Sequence record: DRR723986_5772
DNA length: 64,000 nt
Reading direction: 5' to 3' (one strand)
The notes beneath the pieces are model-generated. The model saw only the letters and a program-made list of their open reading frames with translations. It made no database searches and was not told where the DNA came from. Below, piece after piece: positions 50,702-60,135 of the stretch. Numbering within the stretch: position 1 is the first letter of the stretch; each line of letters opens with the position of its first letter. Position numbers and translations under genes: made by a program.

Positions 50702-52222
50702 ATGAAGAATTTTATCTTTAGTTTCACCATACTTTTCGGAATATTATTTTTAGGCGGGCTAGACAAGCAGTACGCCTACGCCCAAAATAGTGACACTGAG
50801 AAGGTTTACCTAGCTCAGGCCGATCATGTAGATGCAGCACATGCAGATGTTCATGGAGAAGGTATTGACGAAAATGGGGAAGAAAATCACCATACCGCTC
50901 CCATTTGGCTAGTCATCCCTTTCGTGGCTCTACTACTGATGATTGCCACGGGACCTTTGTTTTATGAGCATTTTTGGCACCACAATTATCCTAAAATTGC
51001 TATAGGATTCGCGCTATTGGTCGTTTTCTACTATTTATTTATCCTAGGAAATGTCCATGCACCTGTCCATGCGCTAGCCGAATATATTCAGTTTATTGCA
51101 TTACTGGCTTCGCTTTATATTGCGTCTGGAGGTATTCTCATTGAGATTGATAAAAAGGCAACACCATTAGCAAACCTAACTTTGCTGGTAATCGGAGCCT
51201 TGATTTCCAATCTGATCGGAACTACCGGAGCTTCCATGCTTTTGATTCGACCATTTATTAGATTAAACAAAGGCAATATCCAAGCATACCACATCATATT
51301 CTTCATTTTTATGGTAAGTAATATTGGTGGGTCCCTCACTCCAATCGGTGATCCTCCGCTATTCTTGGGATTCTTGAAAGGCATTCCTTTCTTTTGGACT
51401 TTAGAGCATAACTGGCCAGCTTGGGTTTTTGCATTGATCGTACTAGCCGCTGCTTTTTACTTTATTGATAAAAAATTTGGCAGGGCATCTGACGATACTG
51501 AACTCGAAGAAACTACTTATTCGAATAAGCTTTCTTTAATTGGAGTTAAGAATTTCGGCTGGTTATTTATTATCATTTGCTCGGTATTCCTAGACCCGAA
51601 TGTGATAGACGGCGTTCCTGCTATAGTGTATGACGGTCAAAAATTCTCCTATATCCGAGAAATTATCATGCTAAGTGTTGCCTTCCTGTCATACCGATTC
51701 GCAGATCAGCGAGCCATCAAAGGCAATGAGTTCAATTTTGAGCCTATCCGGGAAGTTGCATTTATTTTCGTAGGAATATTTGGCACCATGATGCCAGCAC
51801 TGGAGCTAGTAGGCACCTTTGCAAAATCTCCCGAAGGCGCAGCTATGATTACGCACAACACGCTTTATTGGGGAACGGGAATTCTTTCTGGCTTCCTAGA
51901 CAATGCCCCTACCTACCTCAACTTCCTTGCAGCAGCGATGGCCTCCAAAGGAGCTTCTATCAGTAATATTGAAGAAGTTCGCCAGTTTGCGGCGGATGGT
52001 TATCATGATTCTGCCTTTGAATTAATGGCAATTGCAATTGCCTCCGTATTCTTCGGGGCGATGACCTATATAGGAAATGGTCCAAACTTTATGGTGAAGT
52101 CCATTGCAGAGCAAAATGGTGTTAAAATGCCTTCCTTCTTTGGATATATTATCCGGTTCTCCTTACCCATTTTATTACCGATTCTAATTCTAGTTTGGTT
52201 GGTATTCTTTGCTTTTGTATAA
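50702..52222 (+). CDS. Putative sodium:proton antiporter (IT superfamily)
   Basis: GTTGASMLLIRP, SNIGGSLTPIGDPPLFLGFL, FLDNAPTY, GAMTYIGNGPNFMV. Confidence 0.88.
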   Translation: MKNFIFSFTILFGILFLGGLDKQYAYAQNSDTEKVYLAQADHVDAAHADVHGEGIDENGEENHHTAPIWLVIPFVALLLMIATGPLFYEHFWHHNYPKIAIGFALLVVFYYLFILGNVHAPVHALAEYIQFIALLASLYIASGGILIEIDKKATPLANLTLLVIGALISNLIGTTGASMLLIRPFIRLNKGNIQAYHIIFFIFMVSNIGGSLTPIGDPPLFLGFLKGIPFFWTLEHNWPAWVFALIVLAAAFYFIDKKFGRASDDTELEETTYSNKLSLIGVKNFGWLFIIICSVFLDPNVIDGVPAIVYDGQKFSYIREIIMLSVAFLSYRFADQRAIKGNEFNFEPIREVAFIFVGIFGTMMPALELVGTFAKSPEGAAMITHNTLYWGTGILSGFLDNAPTYLNFLAAAMASKGASISNIEEVRQFAADGYHDSAFELMAIAIASVFFGAMTYIGNGPNFMVKSIAEQNGVKMPSFFGYIIRFSLPILLPILILVWLVFFAFV

Positions 52223-52224
52223 AA

Positions 52225-52821
52225 TCAAACCTCTTCAAATCGGAAGCAAGACTCCAAATGGTCATTAAATAAGCCTGTTGCCTGCATGTGTGCGTAGACG
52301 GTAGTGCTTCCTAGGAATTTAAAACCACGCTTCTTCAGATCTTTGGCTAGCAGGTCAGATTCTTTGGTGGTGGCTTGTGCTTCAGACATAGAGGATAAGC
52401 GATTTTTAATTGGTTTTCCGCCTACGAATCCCCAAATGTATTTGGAAAAAGAGCCGAATTCCTGCTGCACTTCCATGAAGCGTTTAGCATTGTTAATGGC
52501 TGCACGGATTTTCAACACATTCCTGATTATGCCAGGATCTTGAAGCAATTCCTGCACATAACTCTCTGGAAATTCCGCCACAATTTTGTAATCAAAGTCT
52601 GCAAAAGCTTTGCGATAGCCCTCTCTCTTTTTCAAAATAGTGGCCCAACTCAATCCTGCCTGAGCTGATTCAAGAATTAAGAATTCGAAGTGAATCTGAT
52701 CATCCCAAACCGGAACACCCCATTCGGTATCGTGATAGGCTACATATTCTTCAAAACCCAGACACCAGGGACAGCGGGATTTTTGATCTGAAACTTGAAA
52801 GTTCTTTTTCATTTGAGTCAA
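52225..52821 (-). CDS. tag: DNA-3-methyladenine glycosylase I
   Basis: RCPW, YHD.EWG, LE..QAGLSW..IL.KR, GFKF.G.T..YA.MQA.G..NDH...C. Start may be 52812. Confidence 0.95.
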   Translation of the reverse strand: MTQMKKNFQVSDQKSRCPWCLGFEEYVAYHDTEWGVPVWDDQIHFEFLILESAQAGLSWATILKKREGYRKAFADFDYKIVAEFPESYVQELLQDPGIIRNVLKIRAAINNAKRFMEVQQEFGSFSKYIWGFVGGKPIKNRLSSMSEAQATTKESDLLAKDLKKRGFKFLGSTTVYAHMQATGLFNDHLESCFRFEEV

Positions 52822-52900
52822 TTTAGGTGAATAAAATTAATCAAGAGTTGGGATTAGGAAGCAGAGTGCCTTAATTTCTGACTTCAATTGACAGATTAAA

Positions 52901-54055
52901 ATGATTGCTACATCCACCCTTGAAATCAGTGCAAAAGCTTACAGACAAAATATCAGGTATATACGATCAGAAATCGGCCCTGAGCCTATCATATCTGCCG
53001 TAGTAAAAGGAAATGCATACGGTCATGGGATTTCCCAAATGGTCGAAATAGCAGAAAAAGCTGGCATCCGTCATTTCAGCACATTCAGCTCGGATGAAGC
53101 TTGGGAAGTCTGGGAAAAATCAAAAAAAGGGTCGGAAATAATGATTTTAGGAATGCTCCACTTAGAGGAGTTGGAAAAATTGATTCGAAAAGGAATCAGT
53201 TTTTACGTCTTTGATTTTGAAAGACTCCAGAAAGCTATCACTATTTCGAAGCAAATTGGTATCGCTGCGAAAGTACATATTGAAATAGAGACTGGATTTC
53301 ATAGAACTGGTTTTGATTGGGTGCAACGAGAAAAACTAGCATCCGTACTGTCGGAGAATCAGGATCAGATTTCCATTGAAGGACTTTGCACCCATTATGC
53401 AGGTGCTGAATCTGTTAGCAATTTCGTAAGAGTAAAAAATCAAATTGCCAGATATCATGAATTCAAGGACTTTTTCAATGAACGGGGAATCGCATTCAAA
53501 ACCTACCACACAGCCTGTTCTGCAGCTACACTGATTTTCCCTGAAACTATCATGGATATGGTGAGAATAGGAATAGCTGGATATGGATTTTGGCCTACCA
53601 AAGAGACTTTTTTTGCGAAGCTAAACTCACTTCCTAAAGGAAATAAGAATCCTCTGAGAAGACTGATCACTTGGAAAAGCACCATCATGAGCCTGAAGTC
53701 AGTGAAAACCGGCGAGTTTGTAGGCTATGGAAATAGCTACATGGCGCTAGAAAATATACGGATGGCAATCGTACCCGTGGGCTATGGGCATGGCTACAGC
53801 CGTCTTCTGAGTAATCAGGGAATGGTGCTGATCAAAGGGCAATATTGCCAGGTGGTGGGCACCGTCACCATGAATGCTATCGCCGTGAATGTAAGCAAAC
53901 TTAAAGACCTAAAAGTCGGAGATGAGGTGATCTTGATAGGAAAGCAAGGCGGAAAGGAAATAACAGTTGCCTCTTTTTCAGAATCGACGCAACAAGTGAA
54001 TTATGAAATGCTCACCAGATTGCCGAAAGAAATTCCAAGAAAAATAATTCCTTAA
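52901..54055 (+). CDS. alr: Alanine racemase
   Basis: AVVKGNAYGHG, H..I.TG..R.G, VRIGI..YG, VGYG, VGYGHG, YE.LT.L. Confidence 0.95.
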   Translation: MIATSTLEISAKAYRQNIRYIRSEIGPEPIISAVVKGNAYGHGISQMVEIAEKAGIRHFSTFSSDEAWEVWEKSKKGSEIMILGMLHLEELEKLIRKGISFYVFDFERLQKAITISKQIGIAAKVHIEIETGFHRTGFDWVQREKLASVLSENQDQISIEGLCTHYAGAESVSNFVRVKNQIARYHEFKDFFNERGIAFKTYHTACSAATLIFPETIMDMVRIGIAGYGFWPTKETFFAKLNSLPKGNKNPLRRLITWKSTIMSLKSVKTGEFVGYGNSYMALENIRMAIVPVGYGHGYSRLLSNQGMVLIKGQYCQVVGTVTMNAIAVNVSKLKDLKVGDEVILIGKQGGKEITVASFSESTQQVNYEMLTRLPKEIPRKIIP

Positions 54056-54906
54056 TAAAATATAACGGTCTTGTTATTGATCGGCATCACCTTGCGGTCT
54101 AGGTGATATTTGATGGCCTTGGAAAGTACCACTTTCTCCACGTCCTGACCGATTTGTACTAATTCAGCGATGGTATTATGATGTCTCACCCGGGCTACTT
54201 CCTGCTCGATAATCGGCCCAGCGTCCAATTCTTCAGTCACGTAATGAGCAGTGGCACCAATGATTTTTACACCTCGCTCAAATGCTGCGTGATAAGGTTT
54301 CGCTCCCACGAAAGCAGGCAAAAATGAGTGGTGAATGTTAATAATTCGGTTTGGAAAATGCTGAATAAACTCCGCAGACAAGATCTGCATGTACCTTGCT
54401 AGCACCACAAAATCAATTTGATTTGCCTTCATCAATCCCAACTGATTGGCCTCAGCGGCAGCTTTGGTCTCAGAAGTAATTGGAATGTGGTGAAATGGAA
54501 TCCCGAAGGCCTCCACAACTTGCTTCAAATTAGGATGATTGGAAACGACCAAAGGAATATCAACCTCAAGCTGTCCTGCATAGTGTCTTCCCAAAATATC
54601 AAACAAGCAATGAGAAAGTTTGCTGACAAAAATTGCCATTCTTGGCTTAGGGAAATTGAAATGAAGCTTGAACTCCATCTGGAATCGCTCTCCAACTTCT
54701 TCCTTAAATCGAGCAGCAATCTCATCTTTCTCCAAAGAAAAAGAATCTAATTCCCAAGCAGCACGCATGAAAAACATCCCCAAATTCTCATCCACATGCT
54801 GATCTACTTCAAGTATATTTCCTTCATACGAGTAAAGGAATTTGGAAACTTGGGCGACGATTCCCTTTTGATCGGGACACTGGATGATTAGGATGGCTTT
54901 TTTCAT
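54052..54906 (-). CDS. purU: Formyltetrahydrofolate deformylase
   Basis: CPD.KGIVA, FFMR, LARYMQIL, INIHHSFLPAF.GA.PY, GATAHYVT.ELD.GPIIEQ. Confidence 0.97.
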   Translation of the reverse strand: MKKAILIIQCPDQKGIVAQVSKFLYSYEGNILEVDQHVDENLGMFFMRAAWELDSFSLEKDEIAARFKEEVGERFQMEFKLHFNFPKPRMAIFVSKLSHCLFDILGRHYAGQLEVDIPLVVSNHPNLKQVVEAFGIPFHHIPITSETKAAAEANQLGLMKANQIDFVVLARYMQILSAEFIQHFPNRIINIHHSFLPAFVGAKPYHAAFERGVKIIGATAHYVTEELDAGPIIEQEVARVRHHNTIAELVQIGQDVEKVVLSKAIKYHLDRKVMPINNKTVIFY

Positions 54907-54927
54907 GTCATTCTTGCTGATTTTAAA

Positions 54928-55413
54928 TTAAGCACTTTTTTCATTTACTATTTCTTTCCACCTACCAGATTCCGCAAACTCTTTTACAATTCGATTTCGT
55001 TCAGTCAGCAATTCAGTCATATATTTTTTCAAAAAGAGCTTGTCCGCTAATTTTCCTAAAATTCCAAAAGGTGACTTATACACAAAAAAGTCCGTCATTA
55101 AAGTTCCTCCATTCGATTCCATAAAGTGATGTTCATGTTTAAATTCCGCAAACGCTCCTTTAACCATTTCGTCAACAAAGTAATTCGGTTTATCAAATTC
55201 GGTTATTTTAGAAGTCAGTTTTTGATAGATTCCAAAGTGTTTTGCACGCCAAGTCACGCTTTCATCTATTCCAATCAATCCGCTCGTTTTCCCAGCTATT
55301 GCTTGTTCATTGGTTTGTACAGTCGATATTTTGTGTAAATCGATACTTCGAGATAGGTCAAACACGATATTTCTGTTTGCTTTTATTTCAGTTTGAAGCT
55401 CAATTCTCGGCAT
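54928..55413 (-). CDS. SRPBCC family protein
   Basis: VFDLSRSIDLH, VTWRAKHFG, FVDEM..G.F..F.HEH.F. Confidence 0.88.
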   Translation of the reverse strand: MPRIELQTEIKANRNIVFDLSRSIDLHKISTVQTNEQAIAGKTSGLIGIDESVTWRAKHFGIYQKLTSKITEFDKPNYFVDEMVKGAFAEFKHEHHFMESNGGTLMTDFFVYKSPFGILGKLADKLFLKKYMTELLTERNRIVKEFAESGRWKEIVNEKSA

Positions 55414-55419
55414 TGTTTG

Positions 55420-55487
55420 GGTATGTGTAGTAACGGTTTAGATAAACTGCGTTTTAATTCAGTTTAGGTTTAGTTGTAGCGCAACAT
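55420..55487 (-). repeat. attC-like imperfect palindrome between two cassette-like genes
   Basis: Minus strand: TGTTGCGCTACAAC TAAACC TAAACTG AATTAAAACG CAGTTTA TCTAAACC GTTACTACACA, then ATG about 10 nt later. Confidence 0.5.
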
Positions 55488-55995
55488 TTTTTATTTCTGT
55501 TTTCCGCTCTGATAATTCTAAGCGATTCATTTTTAATATTAAATCCGAAAGACAATTTGGGTTGATTTTCAGTTGACCTAAGTGAAGGTTTACCTTTTGA
55601 GCTCCGACTGAACGGCTCAACCTAGTCGCCCATTTGTATTGTTTCACTTTGCTATCAAAACTGTCAGCCAGTTTTAAAGAGATGAAATTTTGTCCTGAAA
55701 TGATAATCGGATAGGCGTCTTCGATTAATTCCCACTTTATGAGATCTTGATTTGTTGTTCTATCCCAAATTCCTATTTCATTTATAATAATTTGTGGTCT
55801 TCTGTCGAATAGATGGAAAAGTCCAACAAGGATCACTAATCCGGAAAAACAAAGTCCAATCCAACCCATGAAAATGTCTATTGAATTGCTGTCTTGCCTG
55901 ATAATCATCCAAAGTCCTACTGCTAGAAACGGAGCAGTCAATGGAAAGATTTTTATTGCTTTCCAAGGCGACTTGAATAATACGATCTCTGTCAT
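55459..55995 (-). CDS. STM3941-like membrane protein
   Basis: Start MTEIVLFKSPWK; two TMs, then DRRPQIIINE.GI.D, I.W..I. Longer track start overlaps aroE. Confidence 0.75.
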   Translation of the reverse strand: MTEIVLFKSPWKAIKIFPLTAPFLAVGLWMIIRQDSNSIDIFMGWIGLCFSGLVILVGLFHLFDRRPQIIINEIGIWDRTTNQDLIKWELIEDAYPIIISGQNFISLKLADSFDSKVKQYKWATRLSRSVGAQKVNLHLGQLKINPNCLSDLILKMNRLELSERKTEIKNVALQLNLN

Positions 55996-56060
55996 TTCTA
56001 AATGTTGCACAACACTTTTAAAAACGCTACTTCGGTCTTCCGTCTTCGGTCTTCCAGCTT

Positions 56061-56798
56061 TTACGAATTCCATATCTCCCACGAAGCCTCTGCCTGTAGA
56101 ATAAGCATTTCGTGGCCATTCTTAGCTTTGCCTCCAGCATCCAAACAAGCTTTCATAAGCGTAGTCACCGGAGGATTATAGACCAAATCATACACAAAAT
56201 GTGCAGCTGAAAACTGATCCAACGGAATAGCAGGCATCCCTTCCTCATTAGGAAAAGTACCCAGAGGGGTAGTATTTACGATTAGGTGATGAGTCTTCAT
56301 GATCTCAGGGTCGGAAGCCAGGTCACCGTAAGTTATTTGATCCTCATCTTCTGAGCGGGATACATTCAGGAACTCTATATTCAAATCTATCAACGCCTGC
56401 TTAATTGCTTTTGATGCTCCGCCTGTTCCCAAAATCAAGGCTTTTGGCTTTATGCCACCCAACCAAGGAGAAAGCGAATTTTTGAATCCAATGTAATCTG
56501 TGTTATAACCTGTGCGAATTCCATCCTGAATATGAATGCAATTTACCGCGCCGATCTCCTCACAGGCTTCTTCCAGATCATCCATCAAGGCAATCACATC
56601 CTCCTTGTGCGGAATAGTGACATTGATGCCTTCGATATCTGGATTTTCACTTAGAATATCCTCGAGATTACGCGCATTTGGTATGTCGTATAATTCATAG
56701 GTACAGTCGGCAATTCCTTCTTTTTCAAATTTCTCTGTAAAATATTTCTTTGAAAAAGAATGCGTAAGTGGATGCCCTATCAGTCCGAATTTCCTCAT
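56061..56798 (-). CDS. aroE: Shikimate dehydrogenase
   Basis: GLIG.PL.HS.S, NVTIP.K, GAVN, NTDY.GF, GTGGA, NTTPLG, YDLVYNP. Confidence 0.95.
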   Translation of the reverse strand: MRKFGLIGHPLTHSFSKKYFTEKFEKEGIADCTYELYDIPNARNLEDILSENPDIEGINVTIPHKEDVIALMDDLEEACEEIGAVNCIHIQDGIRTGYNTDYIGFKNSLSPWLGGIKPKALILGTGGASKAIKQALIDLNIEFLNVSRSEDEDQITYGDLASDPEIMKTHHLIVNTTPLGTFPNEEGMPAIPLDQFSAAHFVYDLVYNPPVTTLMKACLDAGGKAKNGHEMLILQAEASWEIWNS

Positions 56799-57730
56799 GA
56801 TTTCTTCAAATATGCCGCTAAGCGCTCAATACCAAGTACTAAAATAATTCCAAATGTAAAGGCTGCTAATGCGATCAGTAACTTTGGCTCAAGACCAGTT
56901 TGATCAAGATATTCACTAGGAAAAAGGTTTTTTGTCAAAAATGGCTTTTCCTCTCCACTGGAAGATGTGCGGTAAGCAGTCACTATTTTCCATGGCCAAA
57001 GTTTATTTATAGACCCAAGCATAAAGCCGGACAGCAGGCCAATGGTGATGGAATAAAAGTACTTCAGCAACCAGGAAATGACTCTGCTAAATGATAAGAG
57101 TCCTACTATACATCCAAGCGCAAAAACGCCAAGTGTAGCAAAATTACGCTCTGATACTGCATTAAGAATAGGCTCGTATTTCCCTAAGATCAATAGAAGA
57201 AAACTTCCACTAATTCCAGGTAGAATCATCGCACAAATCGCAATACCCCCAGCTACAAAAGTAAACCAAAGTGCATCAGGACTACTTGTAGGAGGTAAGT
57301 CTGTAATGAAATAGGCTGAAACTGTCCCAATGATTAAAGCGATAATTACTCCTATGCTCCACTTTTTAATATCCTTCAAAATCAGGAATGCACTCACTAA
57401 AATCAACCCACAGAAAAACGACCATAGCGGAATAGGATGCTCAGCCATCAAATAGGTGATTAGCTTTGAAAGTGAAAAAATGCTCGTCATGATCCCAAGC
57501 AAAAGACTAAGCAAAAAAGCACCGTTTATCGATTGAAAAAACTTATTGAACTCAAACTTGAGTAACAACTTCAGACTGTCTCCATTAACAGAATTTATAC
57601 TATTGAGTAGCTCCTCGTAAATCCCGGTAATCAGCGCTATCGATCCGCCTGATACCCCTGGTACAATGTCTGCCGCTCCCATTCCCATACCTTTTAGGTA
57701 GGTGAGAACATATTTTTTGATAAAATCCAT
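56795..57730 (-). CDS. DUF368 family membrane protein
   Basis: KG..MGAADIVPGVSGG.IA...GIY, AMILPGISGS, LWPW; start MDFIKK. Confidence 0.92.
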   Translation of the reverse strand: MDFIKKYVLTYLKGMGMGAADIVPGVSGGSIALITGIYEELLNSINSVNGDSLKLLLKFEFNKFFQSINGAFLLSLLLGIMTSIFSLSKLITYLMAEHPIPLWSFFCGLILVSAFLILKDIKKWSIGVIIALIIGTVSAYFITDLPPTSSPDALWFTFVAGGIAICAMILPGISGSFLLLILGKYEPILNAVSERNFATLGVFALGCIVGLLSFSRVISWLLKYFYSITIGLLSGFMLGSINKLWPWKIVTAYRTSSSGEEKPFLTKNLFPSEYLDQTGLEPKLLIALAAFTFGIILVLGIERLAAYLKKS

Positions 57731-57742
57731 GGTCAAAAATAA

Positions 57743-57770
57743 AGGCTGATCGGAATATTCCAATCAGCCT
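57743..57770 (-). terminator. Hairpin / possible terminator after comA
   Basis: AGGCTGAT...ATCAGCCT stem with TTATTTTT tail on the minus strand. Confidence 0.55.
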
Positions 57771-57788
57771 GTAATGAGTTGAGTTGTA

Positions 57789-58559
57789 TTACAATTTGAT
57801 TTCTCCAAGAAAATGATCGAAGGTATCACCTCTCAATCCCAATCGGATAGTCTCCAACGGAATCACTTCCGAAGGGCTGATATTTCCAAGGTTCACATTA
57901 GCACCGATCAGTTTGATAAACCAAACCTGCTGAGATTTGATAGGAGCTTCCCAGATGATTCTTTCTTCAGGGATCTGAGTAAGGATTTCTTCAACCAACC
58001 CTTGTCTCACTTCTCCAGAATCTCTGAAAAGACCCACGTTTCCGCCTTCTCTCGCTTCACCGATTACTTTCCAAGCACCTGCATCCAATTCTGTTTGCAT
58101 CTGCTCAATCCACTTATAGGGAGGAATAATCTTGGCAGCATCCTTGGATCCCACTTCGGATAGCACCGTTACTTGCTTGGCTAGTGTAGCTATGTATTCA
58201 CACTTCTTGTCATGATTTAGAGAAATAGAACCATCCGACACCTCAGCGAAGGAAAGATCATATTTATCCAATACTTTTCTATAATCGTCAAATTGACCTC
58301 GTACGATAAAAGCTTCGAAAAGAGTACCACCCAAATAAACTGGAATACCAGCTTCTTTATAGATGGCAAGTTTTTCGTTGAGGTTTTTGGTCACATAAGA
58401 TGTAGCCCAACCAAGTTTTACTATATCTACAAAATCGGAACAACTTTCTACAAAATCTTCTGTGGCACGTAGGCTTAAGCCTTTGTCCATGGCCATGGTA
58501 AATCCTTTGGTTCGTGGCTTTTCAGTCCGAACAGGGATATTATTCAGCTCATAATTCAT
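57789..58559 (-). CDS. comA: Phosphosulfolactate synthase
   Basis: R..KPR..G.T..MDKG, D.VKLGW.T, GGTLFE, EVSDG, SEVGSK, EARE.G, WEAP.K.QQ, VNLGNI, LETIRLGLRGDT. Start MNYELN. Confidence 0.93.
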   Translation of the reverse strand: MNYELNNIPVRTEKPRTKGFTMAMDKGLSLRATEDFVESCSDFVDIVKLGWATSYVTKNLNEKLAIYKEAGIPVYLGGTLFEAFIVRGQFDDYRKVLDKYDLSFAEVSDGSISLNHDKKCEYIATLAKQVTVLSEVGSKDAAKIIPPYKWIEQMQTELDAGAWKVIGEAREGGNVGLFRDSGEVRQGLVEEILTQIPEERIIWEAPIKSQQVWFIKLIGANVNLGNISPSEVIPLETIRLGLRGDTFDHFLGEIKL

Positions 58560-58575
58560 TAGCGAGGTTTTAATG

Positions 58576-59991
58576 TTAAGACTCGAGGTTTTCCTCTCGA
58601 TATTGGGCAATAATCTTGTATAAGGCCTTTTGCTGCTTCAGCTCTGGCATCAAATCATACATGATCGTATGCTTTTCGAAGTCCAAAGTTAACCCATTTT
58701 CCAAAAATGAAAACGCCTCTTTATAATTGCCCATTTTAATTAGGTATACCACCAGGCGATAATACAGCTCTGCCTCCTCCGGTATTTCTTCTATTCCCTC
58801 CCGAGTTACGTCTATAGCTTCTTCAAAGCGATTCTGTTCAAAATATATAAGTGCCAGATTCACATAGGTTTCCAGAATTCCCGGTTCCAAATTGATGGCT
58901 TCTTCGTAGGCTTCTGAGCTGGCTTGCATATTTCCCAAATTGAATTCTGCATCACCAAGTCCAACCCAATAATTTGAATTTTCTTTTGTGAGATTGAGTG
59001 CTTTTTTGAAATAATGTATGGCTTCGAAGTATTTTTCCTTCTTCAGCATGCACATTCCTAGTCCAAACCAAGCATCGTCGTATTCTTCATCAAACTTTGC
59101 AGACTTCTTAAAATACTTGAAAGCCTCATCTATTTTTTCAAGTTTTTCATAGGCGGCACCCATGTAACAGCAATTTTCCGCATTTGCTCCTTCACAGTTA
59201 ATCGTATTTTGGTATGCTTCCAGCGCCAGCTCATATTGCTGGGTATTCATCAGCGCATTTCCAAGGTTGAAATAAGCCGAGGCAAAGCTGTCATCAATGA
59301 TAATTGCATAATCATATGCTTTGATCGCTTCTTCAAATCGGCCAAGGCGGTTATAAACTACCCCTAAGTTGTACCAAGCGCCTGCACTGTAAGGATCCTG
59401 ATCAATGAACTCCTGGTAAAATTCTAGGATTTCATCAAAGGAGCCCTCCTCTTCAGTGATCATCGCCAACTGAAATAGGGCGTCTTCGTGATTGATACGG
59501 TTTTTTACAGCTTCTTTAAAATAAAAGCTCGCCTTTTCATTATTGTTTTGAACACGATAAAGGTTTCCAAGTGAATAGAATACCTCTGCTTTGTCTTCTG
59601 CTAAGGGCAGGTAGTTCTCCAAAAGTTCTATTCCTTCTTTTGGCGTTCCACTAAGAATATAAGCATTTGCCAATGCAAGAATTATTTCTTCGTTGTTCGG
59701 AGAAATATTATTGATGTTTTCCAAAATCTCCTGTCCTTCTTCCAATTCATCATTGAAAATCAAACATTGGGCTTTCAGGAGCTTAATTTCTACAGAGAAA
59801 GGAAATCTTTCCAATGAAAATTCGGCTGCGCGTAACGCCTTCAGGAATTTCTGTTGATCAAAGTAAAATCGGATAATATCCTCCAATTCTTCTTCCTCGA
59901 AATAAAGGTCCAGATTGGATTGTAGGGAATTTTCAAATCGCTCTACCAGCTTCTTGTCATTTTCCCAATCGTGATCGTGATCTCCGGTCAT
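58576..59991 (-). CDS. Tetratricopeptide repeat protein
   Basis: About 10 canonical TPRs (AWYNLG..Y..LG..EEAI.AY). Confidence 0.93.
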   Translation of the reverse strand: MTGDHDHDWENDKKLVERFENSLQSNLDLYFEEEELEDIIRFYFDQQKFLKALRAAEFSLERFPFSVEIKLLKAQCLIFNDELEEGQEILENINNISPNNEEIILALANAYILSGTPKEGIELLENYLPLAEDKAEVFYSLGNLYRVQNNNEKASFYFKEAVKNRINHEDALFQLAMITEEEGSFDEILEFYQEFIDQDPYSAGAWYNLGVVYNRLGRFEEAIKAYDYAIIIDDSFASAYFNLGNALMNTQQYELALEAYQNTINCEGANAENCCYMGAAYEKLEKIDEAFKYFKKSAKFDEEYDDAWFGLGMCMLKKEKYFEAIHYFKKALNLTKENSNYWVGLGDAEFNLGNMQASSEAYEEAINLEPGILETYVNLALIYFEQNRFEEAIDVTREGIEEIPEEAELYYRLVVYLIKMGNYKEAFSFLENGLTLDFEKHTIMYDLMPELKQQKALYKIIAQYREENLES

Positions 59992-60135
59992 TAGGATGCG
60001 TTATGGTTTATTTAATTTACCAATAAATTTGGTCTCTCAAAATCTGGATTTGTTAAATTTTATTTCTGATCACGAGAGAATAGCACCCTCTATGCTTCAG
60101 ACTTTGCTTACCAACGAACAGGATCAAAAATAAGT

